Under the pieces are notes generated by a model that ran no database searches, was not told the DNA's origin, and saw nothing but the letters and a program-made list of their open reading frames with translations. A stretch of DNA of 64,000 nt. It comes from Zancudomyces culisetae HAW-14-8. Its lineage: Eukaryota > Fungi > Kickxellomycota. The DNA lies in assembly GCA_052426225.1 (NCBI GenBank), contig JBNJNM010000011.1:2294001-2358000 (forward strand). Direction: 5' to 3'. The position numbers and the translations under genes were made by a program. Shown piece after piece: positions 49,806-60,858 of the stretch (the stretch's first letter is position 1; every line of letters begins with the position of its first letter).

Positions 49806-52531
49806 CTAACTTAACCACCTGGCTAAAACCACAGATAAATCTTTGGATTGATTCGCTAGTTCAGACAACAAAGATACTAGAGAGTTTTGCTGCTCCTTTT
49901 CTGCAAAGTCTTTCGAAGTGTATCTTACACTTGCAGATATTATCCCATTTAACTCAACGGAAAAGCTCAAGTGTTCTACAAGGACGCAACCTTGCGTGGA
50001 GCTAATCAACGATACTTTTGTATCCAAGGTAAAGGGTGAGTCCTGGAAGGTCTCGATATCTACAAGATAGCGTGTTGGGGACCCAGATAACGACTCAATA
50101 GGAACATAGCAACTTGTAAGTAGAGAATTGAATACAAACTGCCTTCGTAGTATCTATCATTTAGATAATATTTTGGTTACAGCACTTCCAGTAATAAAAA
50201 AACAAAGACAGTACTTTTGTGAATATTTTAGTTATAGAGCTTACAGGAACAAACAAGCGCGTTTGGTTGATATCATTAAGCGGAATTCTTTCAACTAGAT
50301 ATGGTTTTAAACTTGGGTTTCTGCATCTAACCTCTAGATCGGTGTTTGTCTATTCAATATAATTATTATTTTGTTAATTTCGCTGCAAAAGTAATAAATG
50401 AAACGCTGTGTTGATTACCTGTGGCAAATGTTTTATACACCCTAAACTTTCAGTATCAAAGTGCAACGGAATCACTGAATCGGTCAAAACTAGTTTTTCA
50501 AGCGTGTAATCCGAAATTCTGTTGCCAAACTCATACTTATCTAAATCTACATCTACATCTACATCACTACCACCACTGCTGCTGCTGCTGCTGCTGGAGA
50601 GTGTATGACGCATCGCTGAATTTAACTCTGTGATCGTTTTTTCACAACACCAAAGCTTGGGAATAAGCTTGGCCACTAGTGCCACATTATCAAAGGTCAA
50701 CAGTGATGATTTTTTTTCTTTTTCTTTTTCTTTTTCCTTTTTCATGTCGTCTTCAGTTATTGAATCTATTTCAGGCGCACTTTCAGGAGCAATCTCCATG
50801 CTCTGTACTTGTACTTGCTCCTTTTCCTGTTTGATTTTTTCATTATCATCAACATTCATGTCCGTACTGTTTATTTGTGAATTTCCCAAATCTACCTGAG
50901 TGTCCGTTTCTGTCTCAACACCTGTTCCTGTAGCCATCTCAGTATATACACTATCTTTCATCTCAGAATTTGTTCCCACAGTATCTTCGGCCCCTTCCTC
51001 AACCTTGGCCTCTACACCAGTTTCTACAACATTTGTATTCCCACCGCTAGCATCCTGAGTAACACCATCGGTCTCCTTAGTAGATAGGTCTGGTATCTCA
51101 TCTACTTCCATTTTGTCTGAATCTAATTTTGAAGATACATCCAATCTTCCCTCCCATACGTACCATATCAACTGTGAAAAACGATAACTCCAGTGCTCAC
51201 TAAGCGAACCTGCACACAGATCCTCAAATTCTGTCTCTGGAATTGCCTGCCATACTATAGGCATCATCTGAACCAACATTGTTGCTCCTGGGCGTACACA
51301 GTTCGCTATAAGCAGCCCATCTTCCTCGTTTATTCTTTTAATTTTTGCTTCACTCTTATTTTGAATCATCTGGTCTAGTTGTTGCGATACCATATCCATC
51401 AAAGTAAACAGATCCATCGTTGGGTATTTTGCGTTTAGTTCGTCTAGGTGAGCATAGTACTTCAGATTTGTTTGTAGACTATCAAAATCCAACCCTTTGA
51501 TGTTGGAAGAGAACAGCCGATCCACTCCCTCGTTATGTTTAGTTTCAGTTGCATATGATATTGTTATCTTGTCTATCTCCCCCGTACTCTTAAGTACCAC
51601 CTATAAATGCACTCATTCCACTTATTAACTATTCAATTTTTTCTCGTATAGCTGTAGTTTTTTATTTTTTATTTTTTGTTTAACTTACATCAAATACAAA
51701 TATCTTTCCACATATTGTAACAGTCACCCTATCTTCGTCTTTTCTGGTTAAGTCGTCTAAGTAATAGCTCAACCTAAAATAATCATACAGCCCAATAGAA
51801 CATACATCATCAAATTTAATGCTTTTTTCCCCCTTTCTCATTGAACCACGGTCTATTTGGAAAACACCAGAACATATAATATAAATCATATTAGAAGATA
51901 TTACCCCAGGGTTTCTGAAAGATGCTTTAAATATTCGATCCATAGATTAAGTTTGTCGTCTTCGTTTTCCTTAAGTCTAGCTTTTATTTTTTCTATTCTT
52001 GCCTCAATTAGCACCTGTTTGGTTACCCTTAAATCATGTTGCAAATACACTTCTTGTTGATTTTCGGTTGAAAACGACTAGTTTAAATATGATTTAAATT
52101 ACACATGTGTACTATAAGTATTTCTTTTAAATCATAATCAAATGTTCAGGTGAAAATCCCTATAGTTCATTGTATGTAATATCCAAAAAAATGCTTCAAG
52201 ATCCCTAGTAGGATTTGTATTTTACCTTTATAAGCATTTCTAGCTGTTTTGTAAGCTCTTGGCTCCCAATTTTACCTTGTAAATCATCAATATCCTTGCC
52301 CCGGACATCTGGAACTTGTTGTTGTTGTCCTAGCTGCTCAAGCATTCCTTTGATTTTCACAAGATTATTTGTCAGGATATGCTTATCCAAAGCAGTCTTA
52401 TATGATCCGTATATGCTCGTTAATGCTTTTAGGCTCCCCGCTTTTTCAATTTGTGTTTTCAATTCCTCGTTTGCTTCGACTCCTTGGATCAATTCTTTAA
52501 GAACATTCTTATCGTTTAGTTCAACCTCCAT
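49806..52531 (-). CDS. MED1: Mediator subunit Med1 homolog, 6 exons, with acidic low-complexity insert
   Basis: Exons 52531-52226, 52077-51905, 51773-51689, 51600-50419, 50349-50245 and 50153-49806 splice in frame. Med1-like segments VTICGKIFVFD, FDSLQTNLKYYAHLDEL..DLF and VERIP..ILRRQFVFNSLLTSC. Confidence 0.75.
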
Positions 52532-53023
52532 CGTTACGTTTGACTGCCTATGAATAAATATTTCCGCAATATATATTTACAGCTATGTAAACCGCTTTCC
52601 TCACTTGTTCTTTTAAGTTTATATTTTTATTTATAGTTATACTTTTATTTTTACAGTTTTTCGACAATATTGTAAACAAATTGGACGATTTTATTATACT
52701 TTATTATATTATATTTGCCATTTATTTGAATTTACTTAAATTAGCAGTTTGCCTGTTTTCGCTGGAACATTAAAACTCAAAACCTGTGAAAAAAAAAATT
52801 ACCACAATCAAATCATAACCATTCAAACCTTTGGATTTGCCTTTCTACATTTGTTTTTGCAGCTTTTAATTGTAACTTTTTTTTGTTTTTATACTAAGTA
52901 CAGTATATAGTTGCTACACATCGATCTACTATCTCACATTCCAGAACCGAATCATAATTCGCAGCTATTGTTGGCTCTAAAGACGATTATAAACACCTTG
53001 CGCTTGTTTCTTTACCCTGCACA

Positions 53024-54058
53024 GAATGACAGGTAATTAAAATTCTTAAATTCAACCCATGCTGGCTACACCTATATATAATAAGCATTACTTTTTTTCG
53101 CTTTGTGATCTGGTGAAAAGCAAGCTGTTTAATACGCACTATTAGATTACGAAGAAGAAAAATTAAACGAAATCGATGCCTTGAAATCCATTTTTGTGGA
53201 TGAATTTGTGGGTAAGAATCACGGGCTAACGAGATATCCAATTTACAGTTCATTCTACAGAAATTATATATATATATATATTCGAATTAGAGGATGAAGA
53301 GAATGCGGAAAAGTTCTACATAAAGGTATCCAGTGAGGAAACAGATGAATGTGAATATAAAGCTGGTAAGTTTTGTATACACCACTACATATTTTTTTAA
53401 ATTATTTTTGTGAGTTTTTGTCCTAAATTGATATTTAATATAGATGTATTGCTGATGGTCACGTATACGCAACAATATCCCGATGAGGCTCCTATTTATG
53501 AAGTACTGACCGAGGACGAGGACAGTTGCTTAGATAGCAAGGATTTGAAATATCTGGGCCAACAACTAGAGCAAGCTGTAAGGATTATCGACTAATTTTG
53601 AGCAACAACTAACATACCACTAAGTTTTTACCTTTTCTTTAATAAACCATTGAACCAAAAACGATCCAAGTATGTTTTAACATAAACTACGATTAAAAAA
53701 CGAATAGATCCTTGATTCACTTGGCATGGCAATGGTATTTACCATGGTTACAGTGCTAAAAGACGAGCTTATGGATCTACTACGTCGCAAAGAAGAAGAG
53801 GGTAAGAAGGCTGAACGTGAGAGGATCGAAAAAGAGATTGAGCTCGAACAACTTAAATTCATTGGAACCAAAGTTACTCGCGAAACCTTTATGGAATGGA
53901 AAAAGAAATTTGAGAAAGAAATGGCTGAACAGAACAAATCTGGAGTTACTGATACCAGAAAGGTGGATTCAAAGAAGAACAAACTTACTGGTAAACAGCT
54001 GTTCGAAACAGATAAATCACTAGCTGCTTCTGATTCTATGTTTTTCGAAGATAATTGA
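53024..54058 (+). CDS. GIR2: RWD-domain protein RWDD1/Gir2 (DRG2 partner), 5 exons
   Basis: Exons 53024-53030, 53146-53211, 53291-53365, 53444-53577 and 53708-54058. MTDYEEEKLNEIDALKSIF, YPDEAP, LGMAMVFT, GTKVTRETFMEWKKKF and LTGKQLF. Confidence 0.92.
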
Positions 54059-54414
54059 ACTTGCTATGTGAAAACGTACTTTTTTTCGTATTTTTCTTTG
54101 TTGGCTTCTTCCTTATTTTCCCTCTCCTTTGATTATACCTTTTCCAATAGAAATAGCTGATTTTGTTTATTTAGCATGTGGATTCTGTGTAAACACCACA
54201 CTACTTCCCAATACCTTTACCGGGTAACTAGAGAAAAAAAACACGCACAAACAGATACACACATACAACTACAAGGCGATATTTTTATCGTGATAAAGCT
54301 TTACTTGAACCTCTTTCAGCAAGAGAAAAACAACAACACACTTAGCTATAATTCATAAATAGTAAGAAAATACAGTCGCATACCACTGCTTTTTCCAGTA
54401 TCATATTAGACATA

Positions 54415-55158
54415 TCAATACATTACTCTGTCAGTTTGACGCGTCCATTCTATATAACCTCGAGGGAACCATAGTTTAATCTCACGCTCTGCGCTTGCTG
54501 GGCTGTCGCTGGCATGACATATATTTTTGCTTGAATCTACAGCAAAATCACCCCTAATGGTCCCCGGGTTAGCATTAATTGGGTTCGTAGCTCCAAGAAA
54601 TTTTCTAGTTTCTGCAATTACATTCTTCCCTGACCACACCATGCCAACAACTGGCCCGGATTGCATGTAATCAATCAATTTGGGGAAAAAGGGCTTGCCT
54701 TTGTGCTCAGCATAGTGTTCTTCCAGATGTTCAGTAGAGGGCTATAATACATCATTCATTTAGAGTTATCGTAAGCACTTTTAAGTTGTTGTTTTAAAAT
54801 ATATATATAAAGGATGCATCCAATCTCTCCTCGCCTCCTCGCACATGAATTTAACCTGGGTTGTGATCATTTTGAAATTTTTAAATGTTTCTCGTCTTAC
54901 CTTTAACATTTCGATTGCCTCCATTTTAAATCCCTTTATCTCAAACCTCTTTATTATTTCTCCTACTAACCCTCGTTCAACTCCATCGGGCTTTATCATT
55001 AAATAAGTTCTCTCATAATTTTCTATTTTTTGCTCGGGCCTAAATATTGTTTGTTGCGAGTTTATTGCCTTGGTTTCGCCGCTTTTGTATGCGACAACTA
55101 TAGCAGTTACTAGGAGCGCCAAGATTTGTACTAAATTCAAACTTTTTGTTATAAGCAT
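54415..55158 (-). CDS. NDK1: Nucleoside diphosphate kinase with N-terminal hydrophobic (signal/anchor) extension, 2 exons
   Basis: Exons 55158-54901 and 54741-54415. [51 protein letters not shown] and NICHASDS (catalytic His). Confidence 0.93.
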
Positions 55159-56717
55159 CCTTTACACCCTCTTCTTAACCTGTGCTGTTTATTTTGCAAT
55201 AGCATTTTTTATTTGCACTTTTTGTATAGAAGCAGATATTTTATTTACCCAAAAACGTCTAATTTTTCTCATATTAGATAGCATGAAAATGACAAGTTCT
55301 TAATAATTTTAGTTTGTAGAACACGCAGTAATGAGTAACCCACTATACCACATACTGTCCTTATCCTGATATACTAAATAACTTTCTTTAGATAGCCTTA
55401 TTTTGATGAATATACATGTTCATCTGTCTCAAAAGGCATAAAATATTTGATTTAGTCAAGTAGTGGCGATAATTCGCAGTAATGGTGCTATTGAAAGCGA
55501 TTTATTCCCGCCTCCCCCAGAATCATAATACCAAACTGTAGCCCTTTGTTAAATTGGTGGATTACTGAATTCATTATCCAAGGACGCATCCCATGCAAGT
55601 ATATAAACTGAAACCCTTTTATTTTGAAGAGCACTAACAACCTGCTCAAGTTCTAAATAGCCTTTTTTTTCTTTAATACAAACAAATTTGAGAATGCGCT
55701 TTCCTCTAGGGCAGTAATCAAGATGCAAAAAAACATTACGCTGTCATGATATTCAAAAATATGAATTATGAAAAGATTTCCTCAAGTTATTATTCCATTT
55801 GATAAACTAGATACTCTAATAACTACATATATTTTATTTTTTCGGAAAACTCCTTTTTCCGTATTTTTTTTTGACACTATCTAGGTTATCAAAAACAACA
55901 AGAGCAATGGTTTGTCATAGAGACAGGGCTTTCACTAGGCTCATATTGGTTGTAGCCAAAAACACTAGTTCAGTATGACTTGTACATGACATAATATTCC
56001 AATGAAAATGTCCTTCAGCGATGGTTTTTGCTGTGCTTTCTCGCTAAGAACAGGCTTTGGAATCCGAAGACACTCCCAACAAATCAATACAAAAAAACAC
56101 ACACAAATCTTGTAAATGGAATATTTTAGCCTAGTCTAGGTTCTGTTTAATCTATGTGTTCTACGAGTAATAGGCCCCGTTATGTGTCAAAAAAATACCA
56201 GTAACAGCAGTGGCTCCCGGTATAAACCTATCTCTCCATAAAATGCACACGGGTTGCCTTGACATGGCGAATACAAGCTGCTCATCCCCAGGTTTGGTAG
56301 GTAGAAGTTGTCTCACCCTCCATTTCCATTTACGCACTTTGTGTATATTATTGGCTTCTGGTTTTAAAGCGAGAGGAAAGATGCTTGGCCGGGAACTCTC
56401 TGAAAAAAAATTCAGAATAAAAACTTTTTCATGCTATAAACCAACAGAGCTGAGTTTTGAAATATGGAGAAAGCATGATATCTAAAATAAATAGGAATAA
56501 GTTGTATAATAAACTCACAAAAAAAACCGACCCCCCCCCTCCCCACTTTCCAGAAAAAGGAGCCCGTGAAAAAGCGTCATTTAGAAAAAAAGTTTATATG
56601 CGAGCTGTTGGAGAAATAAATGCACAGTATATATAATATCAACATTCGTAGCGACCGTTTATTTGTATTTTTAAAAAGCAGAGGCCTAAGTTTTGTGATC
56701 AGCTGGGTAATGGTAAA

Positions 56718-58694
56718 ATGAATTCTGATTCGGAAAAGATAGGAAACAGCCTCTCGGAGTTGCCGGTGCAACTGAGAAATAGATCAGCACGATGTGGGAT
56801 CGCTAAAAGAGCTGTGAGGGTATTTATACTTGTGATACTCATATCAACTTTATACTATTTTAAGCTCCAAGATTGTGGCAGAAATGTATTTCAGCTACTA
56901 GAGGCCGGTAAAAACGTAGCTAAACATACTTGGGTTGATCCAAAAGATAAAAAATTGGGAGTTACTCCTTTTCCAGAAAAACTGGTCTTTCCGAACTACA
57001 ACTATGATGTAGAAATTGGTCACTTTCTGCAGATAACGGACCTACATTATGAACCAAAATATAGCCCCGAAGCACCAGTATGCTCTAATTGCAAAAATTC
57101 GAAAAGTGATAGCAAGAATACACCACCAACTTCAACTTCAAGCATTGGAAGAGGAAGGAAGCGAAGGATGACTATTTGTGGAGACAAGAAGGGAGGATTA
57201 CAATTTGGGACACCGTACTCAAACTGCGATTCACCCTTGTCACTGCTTGAGGTTACAATGAAATATATAAAAGAGAAACATCTAAAAGACCTAGATTTTG
57301 TTGTTGTAACTGGGGACAATGGTAGCCACACAGATGAGGCCAACCCCAAAGATCATATGTCAAAAGATAGTCAACACAGACAGGTGTTTTCCTTGTTGAG
57401 AAAAGCGTTTGATGATTTTGAGGGAAATGGAAAAAGGGTAAAGGTGGTGTTTAGCATAGGAAACAACGATATGTATCCAAAGAATGCATATGGTGTTAAA
57501 CAAAAAGTGATTAAAAATACCTCAAGGTTAAATAATCTGTTATACACACTACTTTCGGGAGAAAATGATAATACGAACAAAAGTGTTTCAAAATGGATAG
57601 ATAAAAGCCAGAAAGCTCATTTTCTAAGGTTTGGGTATTATAGTACTGATATTGAAGAGACAAATGTCAGGATAATATCGCTCAATACTATGCTATTTTA
57701 TTCTATAAACGCGTATGCACCGGATTGTGACAGTCCTAGCTCGCCGGGGTATACACATTTATTGTGGCTCAGGTCTGAATTAAATAGGGCTGCGGCTGAT
57801 GGTAGGGCGGTTATAATCATAGGTCATATAATGCCTACCCCACAACTTTACAAATCTTCATGTTTTAAGGGATACAGGTATGAAGTATCAACCTTTGCTC
57901 ATATTATCAAAGGGCAGCTATTTGGACACGTAAACAAAGATGTATGGCGATTTGTAGAGCCATACAAAACGGGAATAGATAATATCTTGTTCAATTCTGA
58001 TACTGCAAACTCAACCAGCTATGACTTACCTTCGCATGTTTCCAGTTTTATCAAAAATCAGGATAAAGCCTTTAGAGGCAAACGCCGCAAGCCATTTTGG
58101 AAACATGGGATTGGAAAAGCAGTAAGGAGGGCCAGAAGGCGAATTGATGACTACATCTTGGAACTTATTGATTCTTACAAAGATGTAATAAAAAATGGGT
58201 ATGATATCAACAGTCTGTCCATTGCTAGCTGTAGCCATAGTATCATCCCGAGATATCAACCTGGGTTTAAAATATTCTCATATCTAAAAGAAATGAATAA
58301 AAAGAACAACCAATCCCATAATAAGCAGAAATATTACAGAAAAAGAAAGGCAAGTTCTTATGGGAAAAGTGTAGAGGAGATCCGCCATGCAAAAACGAGC
58401 ATTACTGATGTACGCAACAAAAAAACCGGCTCCTTAGCCCTAGGAACACTGCTAGACTATCACGTATTTTGGTTAAACTTGAAAAAGGCAGATGAGAACT
58501 ACCGCAACCATAATGTGACCTCGCCAAATTATGAGTATCTGTACAGCGCGTCAAAAACATTCGGTCTAAGCAGCCTCACAAGCTCCGAATATTTTTTCTT
58601 GGCTAAGAGGCTGATATCTTCCAAATCTCTTCAGCGGACATATGAAAAGCTCGCCTTCTTGGATGAAGAATATCTCAAATCACGCACTAACTGA
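56718..58694 (+). CDS. PPN1: Endopolyphosphatase Ppn1-like calcineurin-type metallophosphoesterase, type II membrane topology
   Basis: N-terminal TM (VFILVILISTLYYF), then FLQITDLH, CDSP, VTGDN, GNND, IIGH and QLFGH.N. GNND rather than GNHE favours Ppn1 over acid sphingomyelinase. Confidence 0.8.
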   Translation: MNSDSEKIGNSLSELPVQLRNRSARCGIAKRAVRVFILVILISTLYYFKLQDCGRNVFQLLEAGKNVAKHTWVDPKDKKLGVTPFPEKLVFPNYNYDVEIGHFLQITDLHYEPKYSPEAPVCSNCKNSKSDSKNTPPTSTSSIGRGRKRRMTICGDKKGGLQFGTPYSNCDSPLSLLEVTMKYIKEKHLKDLDFVVVTGDNGSHTDEANPKDHMSKDSQHRQVFSLLRKAFDDFEGNGKRVKVVFSIGNNDMYPKNAYGVKQKVIKNTSRLNNLLYTLLSGENDNTNKSVSKWIDKSQKAHFLRFGYYSTDIEETNVRIISLNTMLFYSINAYAPDCDSPSSPGYTHLLWLRSELNRAAADGRAVIIIGHIMPTPQLYKSSCFKGYRYEVSTFAHIIKGQLFGHVNKDVWRFVEPYKTGIDNILFNSDTANSTSYDLPSHVSSFIKNQDKAFRGKRRKPFWKHGIGKAVRRARRRIDDYILELIDSYKDVIKNGYDINSLSIASCSHSIIPRYQPGFKIFSYLKEMNKKNNQSHNKQKYYRKRKASSYGKSVEEIRHAKTSITDVRNKKTGSLALGTLLDYHVFWLNLKKADENYRNHNVTSPNYEYLYSASKTFGLSSLTSSEYFFLAKRLISSKSLQRTYEKLAFLDEEYLKSRTN

Positions 58695-59043
58695 CAAAAT
58701 TTCCACACAACACTTAGGATCGCATGTATTGGTCACCCTCATACTTTTCTTCAGTTAATTAGTCAGGTTAATGTAGATTTTTTTAGGACTGCGTCATGAT
58801 ATATGCTGGTGTTTTGTAAAATTAGAAATAAATTTCTCTACTACAACAATTCAGGTCCGCTTACGGCCCTTTTCTAATGCAAGAACAGCTAAAATTTTTG
58901 TGCAAGTTTTTTTTTTTTCATTTTTTTATCTTGATCAATAACACTCAAAACTAATAAAAAATCTGCAATTTCAGACTAGTTTCTGGTATTAAAAGGGGGG
59001 AATCTACGTATATACATGTATATATATATATAAGGAGTCTCGG

Positions 59044-60858
59044 TTACAAATTGGAAACAAAAGTTTCAACCTCTGCTGTGGGAGACCAAGAGCATCTGTT
59101 GACCTCTTCACGCAATGCGTCGCAGAAATAACCATCGGGTTTCCTATTGGGATCCAGGTACTTAGGGTCGGTGTTATCCTTGACCAGGGCTATCCATTTT
59201 TCATCCTGTGCCAACCCTTCAACTACAAATTGGTGTATGATGGCAGCGGTGAGGGAAAGCGCAACTTTTCTCAATCTATCAATAGATGGATATAGGTTCC
59301 CGTCGGCCTTTTCTTGTTCGTTCAATGAGTTCGCCAGTGCCTTGGAAAGAGCATAAATGGCTGTGTCTGTGACCATTCGTGGTTTAGCCAGAACTGAACC
59401 CAAACCAATGGAAGGGAAAATGTACATGTTATTTCCTTGTCCTGGTACAATAGTTTTATTTGTTCCAGGAACAGTATATGGTGGGAAAGCAGTTCCCGAA
59501 GCAAAGATAACTCTGTTATTGGTATACTGCATAGCCTCAGCAAAAGTACACTCGGCCTTAGTTTCAGGATTGGATAGTGGGAAAACAATTGGTCTGTTTT
59601 CTTTGTTGATATTATTTACCGACTCCAATATCTCGCGGCTGAACTCGCCTTTAACAGTAGATAGACCAATCAGCACAGTTGGTTTAACGTATTTTACTAC
59701 TTCAGCCAGAGTCTTGCACTGCGTATTCCCATTGTCATGACGAGCATAGTAAACTTTTTGAGCAGCCAGCTTGTCACCACGATTTGCAGTTACCAATCCT
59801 TTGGTATCAGTTAGCCAAAACATTTTTTTGGCATCATCCTCGGATATATCGTAATCAGTCATTATACACCTCCTTAGTGTATCTGCAACGCCTATAGCTG
59901 CGCTACCGGCACCTACAAATAAGAGTCTATGCTCTTTTGCCGGCAAACCTGACTGAGCAATAGCGTTGATAAAACCAGCCATTATAACAGCACCTGTTCC
60001 CTGAATATCATCATTGAAGCACATAACCTTTTCTCGCCATTTTCGCAAAAGACCAAATGCATGGTCTGTTGAAAAGTCCTCAAATTGTATAAACATATCT
60101 GGAAATCCTTTCTTTAGTCCGGTAATAACCTTTTCCATAGCCGAATAAAACAAATCATCATCAGGTCTGGCTCTACGCAGCCCAAGATATCTAGAATCAT
60201 TGAGGTAGGCTTGATTGTTTGTTCCAAAGTCTACAATTATTGGTAGACACTCTTTGGGATTCAGTCCCGCTCCTGCTACGTAAAGCTGTAACTTTCCTAC
60301 CGGAATCCCCATTCCGTTGACACCCAGATCCCCAAGGCCAAGTATACGCGACCCATCTGTAATTACGCATATTTTGGGGTCTTGCGAGCTTGGCTCTGAA
60401 TGTTCCTTGTAATTGCGTACGATCTCATCCATTTTGTCCACCTCGTCTATTGAGATATACAGCCCGTTAACACGATCACATGGTGATAAAAACGGGTAGA
60501 CGTTGGAGTACTGTAAACAGACTTCTCCTATTGTAGGCGTGTAGATAATAGGTGCTATCAGTGCCAAGTTGTTTATAACAAGCCTGTAAAAGAGATTTGG
60601 GTTGTTATTTCTGACCCATGACAAGAACATGTATTTATCCATAGAACTTCCTCTCCTTTCTAGTTCTGAAAGAGCTCTATCTTCCTGCATCTTTATGGTA
60701 TCTACCCCAACAGGCATAAGGCCATTGACGTGTATCTTCTTCCTGGTTGTGGCTGGCACAGCAGTACCCAGCTGTATAACGTGTATCTTGTCCATAATGT
60801 TGTATGTTATATTTCTTTTTCCTACTGTGTTGCGGAGAATTTTAGTTGCCCTTAGCAT
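59044..60858 (-). CDS. MAE1: Mitochondrial NAD(P)-dependent malic enzyme
   Basis: Presequence MLRATKILR, PIIYTPTIG, ITDGSRILGLGDLG, GKLQLY, IQFEDF, FNDDIQGTG, GAGSA, PLSNP and GQGNN. Confidence 0.95.
   Translation of the reverse strand: MLRATKILRNTVGKRNITYNIMDKIHVIQLGTAVPATTRKKIHVNGLMPVGVDTIKMQEDRALSELERRGSSMDKYMFLSWVRNNNPNLFYRLVINNLALIAPIIYTPTIGEVCLQYSNVYPFLSPCDRVNGLYISIDEVDKMDEIVRNYKEHSEPSSQDPKICVITDGSRILGLGDLGVNGMGIPVGKLQLYVAGAGLNPKECLPIIVDFGTNNQAYLNDSRYLGLRRARPDDDLFYSAMEKVITGLKKGFPDMFIQFEDFSTDHAFGLLRKWREKVMCFNDDIQGTGAVIMAGFINAIAQSGLPAKEHRLLFVGAGSAAIGVADTLRRCIMTDYDISEDDAKKMFWLTDTKGLVTANRGDKLAAQKVYYARHDNGNTQCKTLAEVVKYVKPTVLIGLSTVKGEFSREILESVNNINKENRPIVFPLSNPETKAECTFAEAMQYTNNRVIFASGTAFPPYTVPGTNKTIVPGQGNNMYIFPSIGLGSVLAKPRMVTDTAIYALSKALANSLNEQEKADGNLYPSIDRLRKVALSLTAAIIHQFVVEGLAQDEKWIALVKDNTDPKYLDPNRKPDGYFCDALREEVNRCSWSPTAEVETFVSNL

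Noticed and set aside
43359-60858. GUT2, PDK and malic enzyme as a metabolic gene cluster
   Set aside because: They are interspersed with unrelated genes (MED1, GIR2), and there is no sequence evidence of co-regulation.
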